Shown: in pieces, positions 1 to 9,027 of the stretch | How the letters are laid out: each line of letters opens with the position of its first letter | Numbering within the stretch: position 1 is the first letter of the stretch | Source: Candidatus Aminicenantes bacterium | Lineage (GTDB): Bacteria > Acidobacteriota > Aminicenantia > Aminicenantales > JAFGBC01 | Assembly: GCA_963702005.1 (NCBI GenBank) | Contig: OY969696.1 | Span: forward strand, 1,728,001-1,792,000 | Direction of reading: 5' to 3' | DNA: 64,000 nt | The notes under the pieces: generated by a model | What the model was told of the DNA's origin: nothing | Databases searched by the model: none | What the model saw: the letters and a program-made list of their open reading frames with translations, nothing else | Program-made: the position numbers and the translations under genes

Positions 1-122
1 GGCTTGGGCTCGAAAGCCTTTTTTTCGGGTTCAGCGGGCTTGTCCTTGGTCGCCGGGAATAATGACAGGGTCAAAAAGGGCAGGGCCAGGCAGATCAGAT
101 ATAAGAGCGTTCTTTTCATCAT
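1..122 (-). CDS. 5' end of an exported protein (runs off the window edge)
   Basis: Reverse strand reads AGGAG (133-129) then ATG ATG AAA AGA...: MMKRTLLYLICLALPFLTLSLFPATKDKPAEPEKKAFEPK, a signal-peptide-like N-terminus. Not in the ORF track because it is truncated. Confidence 0.7.
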   Translation of the reverse strand, partial: MMKRTLLYLICLALPFLTLSLFPATKDKPAEPEKKAFEPK

Positions 123-312
123 AGCTACTCCTATCGGCTTGTCCTCGGCCGCTCCCGCCGGGAGCAGACGAGGACGGCTCTCTCCCCATGACTCTCTTTC
201 ATCACCCCGGAACCTGCGTTCCGAGCCTGTCCTCATCAAGTATTACGCTCCGAGAGCGAAAAAGGTTTCTTCGGATTGCCAAGAGCGTTCCGATAGGTCA
301 CAATAGATTCCG

Positions 313-957
313 ATGAAAATCGAGGCTTGCGATCTCGAGCGGCTGGAGCTGAGGCTCCGAGAGGCGAAGCCCGGACTGCCCGCCCAGCTTCGGATGGCGC
401 CCTCGCCGCGGCCCGGCCATCGAGTTTATACCGAGGTCGAAGGATCCTGCCTGAAGGCCGGCGTCTTGATCCTCCTTTATCCGAGGGATGGAGAGACCTT
501 TCTATCCCTGATCCGTCGGACCGGCCTCGTCCTCCATCACAGGGATCAGATCGGGCTGCCCGGCGGACAGCTTGAGGCGGGCGAGGATTTCGTCCAGGCG
601 GCGCTGCGTGAAACACGGGAGGAGCTGGGCATCCCCCCCGAGGCTCTCAAGGTCATAGGCGCCTTGACGCCGCTCTATATCCCGCCCAGCAATTTTTGCG
701 CCTATCCCGTCGTCGCCGCCGCCGCTGAAACCCCGGTTTTCCGGCCCGATCCGCGCGAGGTCGCCAAGGTCATCGAAATCCCGCTCGGGCATCTGACCGA
801 CCCCAGCTGGGCCTGGCGCGAAACCTGGCTTGCCGGCGGCCGTTCTCTCGAGGTCCCGTTCTACGCTTTCGGGAACCATAAGATCTGGGGCGCGACGGCC
901 ATGATCCTCTCCGAATTCCTGGAAATTCTGGGGTCAAACCTACACTCTGTCACTTAG
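313..957 (+). CDS. Nudix hydrolase, CoA pyrophosphatase (NudL/YeaB-like)
   Basis: Nudix box GGQLEAGEDFVQAALRETREELG, preceded by the LIRR..L..H..QIGLPGG segment of CoA pyrophosphatases; C-terminal IWGATAMIL. Confidence 0.88.
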   Translation: MKIEACDLERLELRLREAKPGLPAQLRMAPSPRPGHRVYTEVEGSCLKAGVLILLYPRDGETFLSLIRRTGLVLHHRDQIGLPGGQLEAGEDFVQAALRETREELGIPPEALKVIGALTPLYIPPSNFCAYPVVAAAAETPVFRPDPREVAKVIEIPLGHLTDPSWAWRETWLAGGRSLEVPFYAFGNHKIWGATAMILSEFLEILGSNLHSVT

Positions 958-1031
958 TGCAACTTAGTTGATCGAGGCAGAACCTCAGCTTTTGCACTTT
1001 TTGCTAAAGTGTAGGTTTGACCCCGCACTTC

Positions 1032-1040
1032 TGTTATAAT
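1032..1040 (+). promoter_or_regulatory. Extended -10 promoter element (TGnTATAAT) upstream of the ammonia-lyase
   Basis: TG-T-TATAAT at 1032-1040, 25 nt before ATG 1065, with AAGGAG RBS between them. Confidence 0.5.
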
Positions 1041-1064
1041 TTTGGCCTTGGAAGGAGAACGGCC

Positions 1065-2588
1065 ATGGCCATCCGTCTTGATGGTTCGCATTTAACCATC
1101 GCGCAACTCGTCCGGATCGCCCGGGAGAACGAGCCCGTCGAGCTCGACCCGGCCGCCCTCGACCGGATCAAGGCCTGCCGGACCATGCTCGAAGAGAAGC
1201 TCAAAGCCCGGGAGATCATGTACGGCACCAACACCGGGATCGGCGAGTTCTCCGAGATCGTCCTCAACGACGAACAGGTGCGCGATTTCCAGCGTTACCT
1301 TATTTATAACCACGCGGCGGGGATAGGCGAGCCGGCCCCGGTCGAGCAGGTCCGGGCGGCCATGGCGAGCCGAGTCAATGTCCACGCCCGAGGCCGATCG
1401 GGCTGCCGGCCCGAGATCAGCTTGACTCTGATCAAGATGCTCAACAAGGGCGTCGCGCCCGTCGTCTGCCGAAAGGGCTCGGTCGGCGCCTGCGGGGACC
1501 TGGCGCCGATGTCTCAGATCGCGCTCCTCCTCTTAGGGGAGGGCGAAGCCTTCTACAAAGGGGAAAGGCTTCCCGGCGGAAAGGCCATGGAGAAAGCCGG
1601 GATCCCCATCCCCGGACTTCAGGCCCGTGACGGCCTGGCCGCCATCAACGGTTCGAACCTGCTCACCGCCATGAGCGCCCTCCAGCTCTACGACATCAAC
1701 CGCTGGCTCAAGCAGGCCGAGATCGCCTGTGCCATGACGCTCGAGGCTTTGATCGCCAACCTCAAGCCCTACGACGTCCGGCTTCACAAGGAGCGGGGCT
1801 TCGCGGGCGCCATCCGCGCCTGCCAGGCCATCATGAAATGCATCGAGGGCAGCGACCTGGCCACGGGCAAGATGAAGACCAAGGTCCAGGACGCCTACTC
1901 GATGCGCTCCTCGCCCCAGGTCATCGGGGCCGCCCACGACGCCGTCGCCCACGCCCGGAAGCAGGTCGAGACCGAGCTCAACGGCACGGCCGATAATCCC
2001 ATCTTCCTTCCCGAGTTCAACCTGACCCTGACCGGCGCCAATTTCCAGGGCAGCCCGATATCCCTGCCCATGGACATGGTCGGGGCGGCCGTGACCATGG
2101 TCTGCGTCCTTTCGGAACGAAGGCTTAACCGACTGACCAACCCGGCCCTGAGCGTGGGCCTGCCCGCCTTCCTGACCAAGGGCGCCGGCATGTTCTCGGG
2201 AATGATGCTGAGCCAGTACACGGCCGACATGATGATCGTCGAACAGCGGATCCTGTCGGCGCCCGCCTCGATCCAATCCATCCCGGCCGCGGCCGACCAG
2301 GAGGATTTTGTGTCGATGGGGATGAACACGGCCCTCAAGAACGAGCAGATCCTGGACAACGCTTTCGGCATCCTGGGGATCGAGTTTATGGCCGCCGCCC
2401 AAGGCCTCGATTTCCGCGGCTTCACGCCGGGGAAGGGGACGGAGACGGCCCGCAAGGTCATCCGCCGCCACGTCCTCCATCTCGAGGAGGACCGGCCTCT
2501 CCATGCCGACCACAACACGATGAAAGCGTTGGTCGAGTCCTGCGAGATTCTGGACGCAGTCGAGAAGGCCGTCGGCAGCCTGGAATAA
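1065..2588 (+). CDS. hutH: Aromatic amino acid (histidine-type) ammonia-lyase, MIO family, with Ala-Cys-Gly at the MIO site
   Basis: YGTNTGIG, NHAAGIG, GSVGACGDLAP, KVQDAYSMRSSPQV, DNP, GANFQG and QEDFVSMG match the HAL/PAL fold. Start moved to ATG 1065 behind GAAGGAG. Substrate not proven. Confidence 0.8.
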   Translation: MAIRLDGSHLTIAQLVRIARENEPVELDPAALDRIKACRTMLEEKLKAREIMYGTNTGIGEFSEIVLNDEQVRDFQRYLIYNHAAGIGEPAPVEQVRAAMASRVNVHARGRSGCRPEISLTLIKMLNKGVAPVVCRKGSVGACGDLAPMSQIALLLLGEGEAFYKGERLPGGKAMEKAGIPIPGLQARDGLAAINGSNLLTAMSALQLYDINRWLKQAEIACAMTLEALIANLKPYDVRLHKERGFAGAIRACQAIMKCIEGSDLATGKMKTKVQDAYSMRSSPQVIGAAHDAVAHARKQVETELNGTADNPIFLPEFNLTLTGANFQGSPISLPMDMVGAAVTMVCVLSERRLNRLTNPALSVGLPAFLTKGAGMFSGMMLSQYTADMMIVEQRILSAPASIQSIPAAADQEDFVSMGMNTALKNEQILDNAFGILGIEFMAAAQGLDFRGFTPGKGTETARKVIRRHVLHLEEDRPLHADHNTMKALVESCEILDAVEKAVGSLE

Positions 2589-2628
2589 TCCGCTCGAATT
2601 TCCGCGCTCGAATCGATCCGTCCCGGAA

Positions 2629-3054
2629 CTATTCGGGAAGCTGAATCTTGAAGCGCAGATGGAGCGGTCTGTTGATCTTTTTCCCCCGGACGGTGACCCA
2701 CAGGTTGCCGTTAAAATTTCGGGGTCCGGGTTTGGCCGGGATGACGACGGCGAGCATGATCGGAACGGGCGTCCCGGCCGCGACCGAGGGCAGGACGGCC
2801 GGCGTTACCGTGAGCACATTCTTGATGGACGGCGTCATGGCGAAACCGACCTCGGTCAGGTCCTTGGTCGCCGTAAAAACGGCGTTCAACGCCGCCGTGC
2901 CGCCCGGGGCGATCACCGCTTTCGCGAAAGGCTGGTCCCAGGAGACCTTGGCCGGCCCCTTTTTCGGCTTGGAGTCGGCGGCGAGAAGCGGCGCTCTCAA
3001 CAACGCCGCGCTGATAAGCAGGACGCACCCGACTAAAATCCATTTGCGGTTCAT
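2629..3054 (-). CDS. Small exported beta-sandwich-like hypothetical protein
   Basis: GGAGG RBS; signal peptide MNRKWILVGCVLLISAALLRAPLLA; beta-strand-rich mature part. Confidence 0.6.
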   Translation of the reverse strand: MNRKWILVGCVLLISAALLRAPLLAADSKPKKGPAKVSWDQPFAKAVIAPGGTAALNAVFTATKDLTEVGFAMTPSIKNVLTVTPAVLPSVAAGTPVPIMLAVVIPAKPGPRNFNGNLWVTVRGKKINRPLHLRFKIQLPE

Positions 3055-3148
3055 CGAAACCTCCTCGGCCCGTTGCCGGGCCTTCCCAACGCTCCCCTCT
3101 CCTTCCTTAATATCAGAATAAGCTCCGAGAAGCCTGCTGTCAACCGGT

Positions 3149-3676
3149 TCACCGGGAGCGGCCGGCAGACTTCCGGTTCCAAAGAGAAACGACGTCTTTC
3201 CGGCAGAGGATCAAGGCGGGCAGGACGAATAGAGCGAGCTCGAGGCCGAAGGCGACCAGATTCTGAGTGGACAGCACCTCGGCGACCGTCCCCCTCTTGA
3301 CGTAAGGAAAGATGCCCCGGTTGAGGAGCGCGTCCGAGAAGGGGAGTAGGGGCCGGAATCCGATCGGGGGGAGCGTGTCGACAACGAAGACATCCATGAC
3401 AAGATGGGATAGGGCCACCAGGGTCAGGCCGATCCTGGCTCGCGTCATCTTCAGAAACGGGAAAAAAAGCAGAGCGGACAGGAGCGCGACGGCGATATTG
3501 TGCGTGAAACGTTGATGGAGCAGCCAGTCCGGCTTTCCCAGGAGCGGATAGAGGACGAAATCGGCGTCGGGCAGGCAGGAGACGAAGATGAAAATGAGCA
3601 GGGTCTTGAAATCGTGCCGACGGTCGGCGTATTTCCAGCCGACCAGCCCGACCGCGGCGTGGGGTAGCGGCGTCAT
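3149..3676 (-). CDS. Inner-membrane metal-dependent hydrolase (YdjM-like)
   Basis: MTPLPH..., LPDAD, HQRFTHN and SHLVMD motifs with transmembrane segments; start set at ATG 3676. Confidence 0.75.
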   Translation of the reverse strand: MTPLPHAAVGLVGWKYADRRHDFKTLLIFIFVSCLPDADFVLYPLLGKPDWLLHQRFTHNIAVALLSALLFFPFLKMTRARIGLTLVALSHLVMDVFVVDTLPPIGFRPLLPFSDALLNRGIFPYVKRGTVAEVLSTQNLVAFGLELALFVLPALILCRKDVVSLWNRKSAGRSR

Positions 3677-3782
3677 GGTCCGTCTCACTTTAGGGAAACC
3701 GGCCCGGCCTGTCAAGCGTTTTGCGTCCCGGGGCCGAATTGAAAAGGGAAAGGGAAAGGCGTATATTTAATTTCCAAATCCG

Positions 3783-4883
3783 ATGAAGCGCGCGCCGAAC
3801 ATGGTTGCAGTGATGATTCCGCTGGCCGTCATTTGCTGTCTGGGGGGGCGCTCGTTCCCGACCCAAGCCGCCCCGCGGACGCCGCGCCTGAAGCCGAGCA
3901 AGGCCGTCATCGGCTACTTCCCGAGCTGGAACAGGTCCGTCTTCGACCATACCAAGATCTCTTACGAATCGCTGACCCACATCGCCAACGCCTTCGCCAT
4001 GCCCGACGCCGACGGCAACCTCGTCCTTCCCCAGGATTACGTTTACCCGGCTTTGAACGAGACCGCTCACCAGCACGGGGTCAAGGTCATCCTGAGCCTG
4101 GGCGGCTGGGGAAACTGCGAGGGATTCGCGCCGACGGCCGCCGACTCCGCCAAACGGACGAAGTTCATCGGCCAGGTCGTGGATTTCTGCCGCGACCAGG
4201 ATTACGACGGCGCCGACATCGACTGGGAGTTCGTCTCGACGTCCCAGGAAAGCGCGGACTTCACGCTGTTCATCAAGGAGCTATCGGCCGCCCTGAGAGC
4301 CATGAAACCGCCCCGCCAGCTGACCATGGCCGCTCCCGCCGACGCTTACTACGGCCAGTGGATCGATTTCGAAACGCTCCACCCCTACTTCGACTTTATC
4401 AGCTTCATGACCTACGACTTCCACGGTCCCTGGTCGGATCATTCCGGCCACAACGCGCCCCTCTTCAGCTGCGACGGCGATGAGTGTGGGTCTGTCAACG
4501 ATGCATTCCTCTATGCCCGCCGCCGCGGCATCCCCCTCGCCAAGATCCTCCTCGGCATTCCCTTTTACGGGCGCTCCTTCGACTGCAGCCGTCTCTACGA
4601 AGCATTTCGAACCAGCGAGTATTACAGCTTTTACGAGGTCATGACGTTCCGCGGGTACGGCTGGCCCTCTTACTGGGACCGCTGCGCCAAAGTCCCTTAT
4701 CTTCGAAAACCGGGAGGCGGCGAGATCATTTCTTATGACGACGTCGCCTCGGTCTGGCGCAAGTGCCGCTACGTCAGGGACAACGGCGCGGCCGGCGTCA
4801 TCATCTGGGAGATCAGCCAGGACCGTTGGCAGGGGCGGTCCGTGCTGCTCGAGGTCATCGGAAATTCTTTCTTGAAAAGATAG
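3783..4883 (+). CDS. Glycoside hydrolase family 18 (chitinase/ENGase-like), exported
   Basis: SLGGWG, DGADIDWE (DxxDxDxE), MTYDFHG, GIPFYGR, ISYDD, GVIIWEI; signal peptide. Confidence 0.92.
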   Translation: MKRAPNMVAVMIPLAVICCLGGRSFPTQAAPRTPRLKPSKAVIGYFPSWNRSVFDHTKISYESLTHIANAFAMPDADGNLVLPQDYVYPALNETAHQHGVKVILSLGGWGNCEGFAPTAADSAKRTKFIGQVVDFCRDQDYDGADIDWEFVSTSQESADFTLFIKELSAALRAMKPPRQLTMAAPADAYYGQWIDFETLHPYFDFISFMTYDFHGPWSDHSGHNAPLFSCDGDECGSVNDAFLYARRRGIPLAKILLGIPFYGRSFDCSRLYEAFRTSEYYSFYEVMTFRGYGWPSYWDRCAKVPYLRKPGGGEIISYDDVASVWRKCRYVRDNGAAGVIIWEISQDRWQGRSVLLEVIGNSFLKR

Positions 4884-4937
4884 GCCCGGCCGCCGGCGTT
4901 TGACGCCGCCCCGGATTTCATCCCAAGGAGAGCGCGA

Positions 4938-7259
4938 ATGGCTCGGATCAGGAGACAAACGCTTTGCACGCTGATTGTGTTGTCCTGCGGCCTGGCCGCG
5001 GCCTTGGCCGCACCCGGGGCGCTCGCCGCCGATAAAACCCGGGGATTCTTTCCGGTCTCGGTCTGGTACCCGGGCGGCAAGGCCCGGGCACCCATGCTGG
5101 AAACCGTGACTCCGGAGTCGGCCGCCGAGTGGCGCAAGGACCTCGAACAAATCAAGAGCCTCGGGTTCAACACGGTCCGGACCTGGGTCGAGTGGACGGC
5201 CTGCGAGAAGGAGGAGGGCCGCTACGATTTTAGCGCCCTGACCACGGTCGTCGACCTGGCCGGGGAGCTCGGCCTCAAGGTCCTCGTCCAGGTCTACATC
5301 GACTCCGCGCCGGACTGGGTCGAGGCCCTCTATCCGGAAGCCAAATTCGTGTCTTCGAACGGCGTCGCCGTAAGATCCCAGGCCTCGCCCGGGTTCTGCT
5401 TCGATCATCCCGGCGTCCGGGCCAAGATCCTTAGGTTTTTCGCCGAGGCGGCCAAGGCCGTCAAGGGGAAGCCCGCCCTCTACGGCTGGGACCTGTGGAG
5501 CGAGCCCCACATCATCAACTGGGCCGAGGTTTACTACGTAGGAAACCTGGAGAACGTCCAGTTCTGCTACTGTCCGTCGACCCAAGCCCGGTTCCGGGAA
5601 TGGCTCAAAGAGCGCTACGGGACGATCGCCGCCCTCGACAAGGCCTGGTATCGGACGTTCCGGAGCTGGGACGAGGTCGAGCCGCCCCGCTTCGGCACCA
5701 TCCTGACCTACACCGACTACATCGACTGGAAGGAATTCATCTCCGACAAGCTCGCCCAGGACCTCAAGCTCAAGGCCGAAGCCGTCAAGGCCGTCATCCC
5801 CGAGAGCGTCGTGACCAGCCACTCGGCCACCCCCGGCATTTTCAGCCGCCCCGACTGGTCCGGAACGCCCGACGACCGCAAGATGGCCGACAGCGTCGAT
5901 TACTACGGAGTTTCGATTTATCCCAAGCACGCCTGGACCCTCAAGCCCTGGTCCCCGTTCTTCCGCTCCTCGGGGCTCGACTTCGTCCGATCGATGGGGC
6001 TTCTCAACCGGGGCTTCTACATCGGGGAGCTCCAGGCCGGCTATGGCGTCTTCGGCATGAAGATGAGCGTCCCGGTCGTGGGCGCCGACCTCCGCGACTG
6101 GATGTGGAGCACGGTCGCCTACGGCGCCCGCGCCGTCAATATTTACGCCTATTATCCGATGAGCTCCGGCTATGAGGGCGGAGGCTACGGCCTGGTCGAG
6201 CTCGACGGCAAGGTCACCGAGCGGGCCGTCGAAGCCGGCCGCGTCGCCCGCGTCATCACCGCCGCCAAGAGCCTCTTCCTGGAGAGCCTTCCGGCCAAGG
6301 CCGAGATCGCCATCGTTTACAACCCGCTTTCCCACATGGTCGGCGGCCAGCAGGCCTTCACGGGCGAAGGCCAATCCGTCGGCGTCAACACGTTAAGCGA
6401 ATCCCTGCAGGGAATCCACCGGGCCTTCTACGAACGGCACATCCCGGTCGACTTCCTCCATGTCCGCGACCTCGCTCCCGAGCGCTGGAAGGACTACAAG
6501 CTCCTGATCGTGCCCTATCCGGTCATGATGTCCCGGCCCCATGTCCAAAAACTCATCGACTACGTGAGGTCCGGCGGGACGCTCGTCGCCGAAGCCCGCT
6601 GCGGCTGGGTCGACGAGCGCGGCTTCTCGAGCCCGGTCATTCCGGGCGGCGGGCTTCACGAGGTCTTCGGCTGCCGCGAATCCGAGCTGATGCCCGTTCC
6701 CAAGACCGGCGTCATGACCATCGCGGCCGCCGATCCGGCCTTGCCCCTCCTCAAGCCCGGCGACGCGCTCGACACGCTCTACTTCGAGGAGTCCTTCGAC
6801 GTCTTCGGCAAGGCCAGCCGGGTCTTGGCCTCGTTCCAGAATGGAAAACCGGCCATGGTCGCCGCGGCCTTCGGGAAAGGGAAGGCCGTCATCGTCGGCT
6901 CGTTCCCGGGCTCCGCCTACCATCATTTCAAGAATCCGGCCGACGGGAAATTTTTCGCGGGGCTGGCGGACTGGGTCGGCGTCCGGAAGCCGGTCGAGGT
7001 AAGCTCTTCGGACCCGGAGGTCTTGGTCGAGGGCCGGATCCTCGAGGGGGCCGGCTATAAAATTCTGATCGGGTTCAACCGGGGCGAGAGGAAAACCCTG
7101 GCCTCGTTCTCGGTGCCGACGGCCGCGCAGGCCCCGGTCGTCCGCGAGCTCGAGACCGGAAAGAGCGCGGCCTTCCGGAGGGACGGAGACGGCGTCGTCC
7201 TCGAAAAAGAGCTCGCGCCCGGCGGGGTTTGGGTCGTCTTGATTGAATCCAAGGTCTGA
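4938..7259 (+). CDS. Beta-galactosidase, GH42-like, exported
   Basis: GFNTVR..EW...E.EEGRYDF, WDLWSEP acid/base, CYC, ELQAG nucleophile region, trimerisation-type C-terminal domain; signal peptide. Confidence 0.85.
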   Translation: MARIRRQTLCTLIVLSCGLAAALAAPGALAADKTRGFFPVSVWYPGGKARAPMLETVTPESAAEWRKDLEQIKSLGFNTVRTWVEWTACEKEEGRYDFSALTTVVDLAGELGLKVLVQVYIDSAPDWVEALYPEAKFVSSNGVAVRSQASPGFCFDHPGVRAKILRFFAEAAKAVKGKPALYGWDLWSEPHIINWAEVYYVGNLENVQFCYCPSTQARFREWLKERYGTIAALDKAWYRTFRSWDEVEPPRFGTILTYTDYIDWKEFISDKLAQDLKLKAEAVKAVIPESVVTSHSATPGIFSRPDWSGTPDDRKMADSVDYYGVSIYPKHAWTLKPWSPFFRSSGLDFVRSMGLLNRGFYIGELQAGYGVFGMKMSVPVVGADLRDWMWSTVAYGARAVNIYAYYPMSSGYEGGGYGLVELDGKVTERAVEAGRVARVITAAKSLFLESLPAKAEIAIVYNPLSHMVGGQQAFTGEGQSVGVNTLSESLQGIHRAFYERHIPVDFLHVRDLAPERWKDYKLLIVPYPVMMSRPHVQKLIDYVRSGGTLVAEARCGWVDERGFSSPVIPGGGLHEVFGCRESELMPVPKTGVMTIAAADPALPLLKPGDALDTLYFEESFDVFGKASRVLASFQNGKPAMVAAAFGKGKAVIVGSFPGSAYHHFKNPADGKFFAGLADWVGVRKPVEVSSSDPEVLVEGRILEGAGYKILIGFNRGERKTLASFSVPTAAQAPVVRELETGKSAAFRRDGDGVVLEKELAPGGVWVVLIESKV

Positions 7260-7280
7260 GAGGACGTGAGGAGGAGGGAC

Positions 7281-8258
7281 GTGGCCGCATCCGGAGCCCC
7301 GGCCTTCGCGGCCGGAATCGACGTCGGCGGGACCAAAGTTTCTTCGGCCTTGTTCGGCCCCGACGGCACGATGTTCGCCCGGGCCAAAGCTCCGCTCGAT
7401 CGCGCGGGCGCCGATAAGGCCGCCGAGCAGGTCGTCCGGATCCTTGGGGAACTCGAGGCGACAGCCGACGAAGAGGGCGGCCGGATCTTGGCCGCCGCCG
7501 TCTGCGTCCCGGGCATCGTCTTTCAAAAGAGCGGCCTCGTCTGGGCCCCGAACGTCCCCGGCTGGGTTCATTTTCCCCTCCGTGACAGGCTCTCCGGGAA
7601 GCGTCCTTATGCGGTTCTGATCGAAAGCGACCGGGCCGCTTATGTCTCGGGCGAGTCCTGGTGCGGAGCGGCCCGCGGCGCCAAGGACATTGTCTTCCTG
7701 GCCGTCGGGACGGGGATCGGGGCAGGGATCCTGGCTGGCGGCCGGGTCGTGCGCGGCGCCGAGGACATCGCGGGCGCCGTGGGCTGGTTCGCGCTCAACC
7801 CCGATTTCAAGGCCGACTACGCCGAGATGGGCTGTTTCGAAGCCGAGGCGTCGGGGAGCGCGGTCGGCCGCCGGGCCCGCCGCCTGCTCGAGGCGGGAGC
7901 CGCGTCCATTATGCTCGGGCTCGCCGGCGGCCGGATCGAAGGCGTGACCGCCGAAACCGTCGCGGCCGCGGCCCGCTCTCAAGACCCCCTGGCCCTCAAA
8001 GTTGTGGGGGAGACGGCCGCTTACCTGGCCATGGGGATCGCCAACATCGTCAGCATCCTCAACCCCGAGATGATCGTCCTGGGCGGCGGCTTGTTCCAAT
8101 CCGGGGATCTTCTTCTCGATCCCATCCGGCGCGACATCAAGAAATGGGCCCAGCCGCTGGCCGCCCGGGACCTCCGGGTGGAGCTCTCTCGGCTCGGAGA
8201 GGACGCCGGACTCTACGGATGCGGCAAGCTGGCTTGGGACAGTTTGAAAGGAGATTGA
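7281..8258 (+). CDS. ROK family sugar kinase
   Basis: GIDVGGTK, ESDRAA, GTGIGAG, GCFEAEASG, LGEDAGLYG; no HTH. Start likely GTG 7281 after GGAGGAGG. Confidence 0.88.
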   Translation: MAASGAPAFAAGIDVGGTKVSSALFGPDGTMFARAKAPLDRAGADKAAEQVVRILGELEATADEEGGRILAAAVCVPGIVFQKSGLVWAPNVPGWVHFPLRDRLSGKRPYAVLIESDRAAYVSGESWCGAARGAKDIVFLAVGTGIGAGILAGGRVVRGAEDIAGAVGWFALNPDFKADYAEMGCFEAEASGSAVGRRARRLLEAGAASIMLGLAGGRIEGVTAETVAAAARSQDPLALKVVGETAAYLAMGIANIVSILNPEMIVLGGGLFQSGDLLLDPIRRDIKKWAQPLAARDLRVELSRLGEDAGLYGCGKLAWDSLKGD

Positions 8259-8260
8259 TC

Positions 8261-9025
8261 ATGTCGGCCACGAAATACCTGGACAGGATCGGAGGGATCC
8301 TGGACGAGATTAAGACAAAGGAGTCAGATCATATCCGCGAAGCGGCGGTTTTAATGGCCGACTCGATCGCCCGGGGCGGCCGCGTTTACATGTTCGGGAG
8401 CGGCCACTCCGTCATCCCCGTCCTCGACATCTTTCCCCGCTACGGGAGCTTCGTCGGATTTTTTCCGCTCTACGACCCGCGCCTGATGTGGACGAACGTC
8501 ATCGGGCCGGGCGGCGCCCGCGAGCTCCTCTGGCTGGAGCGGCAGGAGGGCTACGCCAGGATTTTCCTCCAGAGCTATCGGCTCGAGCCTCGCGACGTCA
8601 TGCTCGTCTTCTCCCACGGCGGACTCAACGCTGCGCCGATCGAGGTCGCCCTCGAGGCCAAGGCCAAGGGCCTCAAGGTCGTCACGGTCTCGTCCCACCG
8701 GAACCTGAATATCGCGAAACGCTCCCACTCCTCGGGCAAAGCCCTGGCCGAGGTCGCCGACGTCGCCATCGACAACTGCGTCCCGCCCGAAGACGCCCTG
8801 GTCGACGTCGGACAGCTGGAGAAGGTCGCGGCCGGCTCCACGGTCGCCGCCGTCGCCGTCGCCATGTCCCTGGTCGCCGAGACGGCGGCCCGTCTGGCCG
8901 AAAAGGGAAAAGTTCCCCCGACCTTCGTCTCGCCCAACGTCCAGGGCGTTCCCAAGGACCACATGGCCGGCGTCTACCGGGCCTTCAGCGAGTTCTATTA
9001 CGCCCGGCCTTTGAAGAAGGAGTGA
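8261..9025 (+). CDS. SIS-domain sugar-phosphate isomerase (UPF0309-like)
   Basis: FGSGHS, FSHGGLNAAPIE, ADVAIDNCVP.EDA; ATG 8261 follows AAGGAG. Confidence 0.85.
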   Translation: MSATKYLDRIGGILDEIKTKESDHIREAAVLMADSIARGGRVYMFGSGHSVIPVLDIFPRYGSFVGFFPLYDPRLMWTNVIGPGGARELLWLERQEGYARIFLQSYRLEPRDVMLVFSHGGLNAAPIEVALEAKAKGLKVVTVSSHRNLNIAKRSHSSGKALAEVADVAIDNCVPPEDALVDVGQLEKVAAGSTVAAVAVAMSLVAETAARLAEKGKVPPTFVSPNVQGVPKDHMAGVYRAFSEFYYARPLKKE

Positions 9026-9027
9026 TC

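Noticed and set aside
950-1012. Short palindromes upstream of the ammonia-lyase as a HutC operator
   Set aside because: Arms are only 4-7 bp, there is no recognisable consensus and no hutC is in the window.
7661-8260. Long N-terminal extensions on the SIS, MFS (8488), LptD-like (51529) and lipoprotein (53547) ORFs
   Set aside because: They overlap upstream genes in another frame; internal ATGs with an RBS or stop/start coupling give normal proteins.
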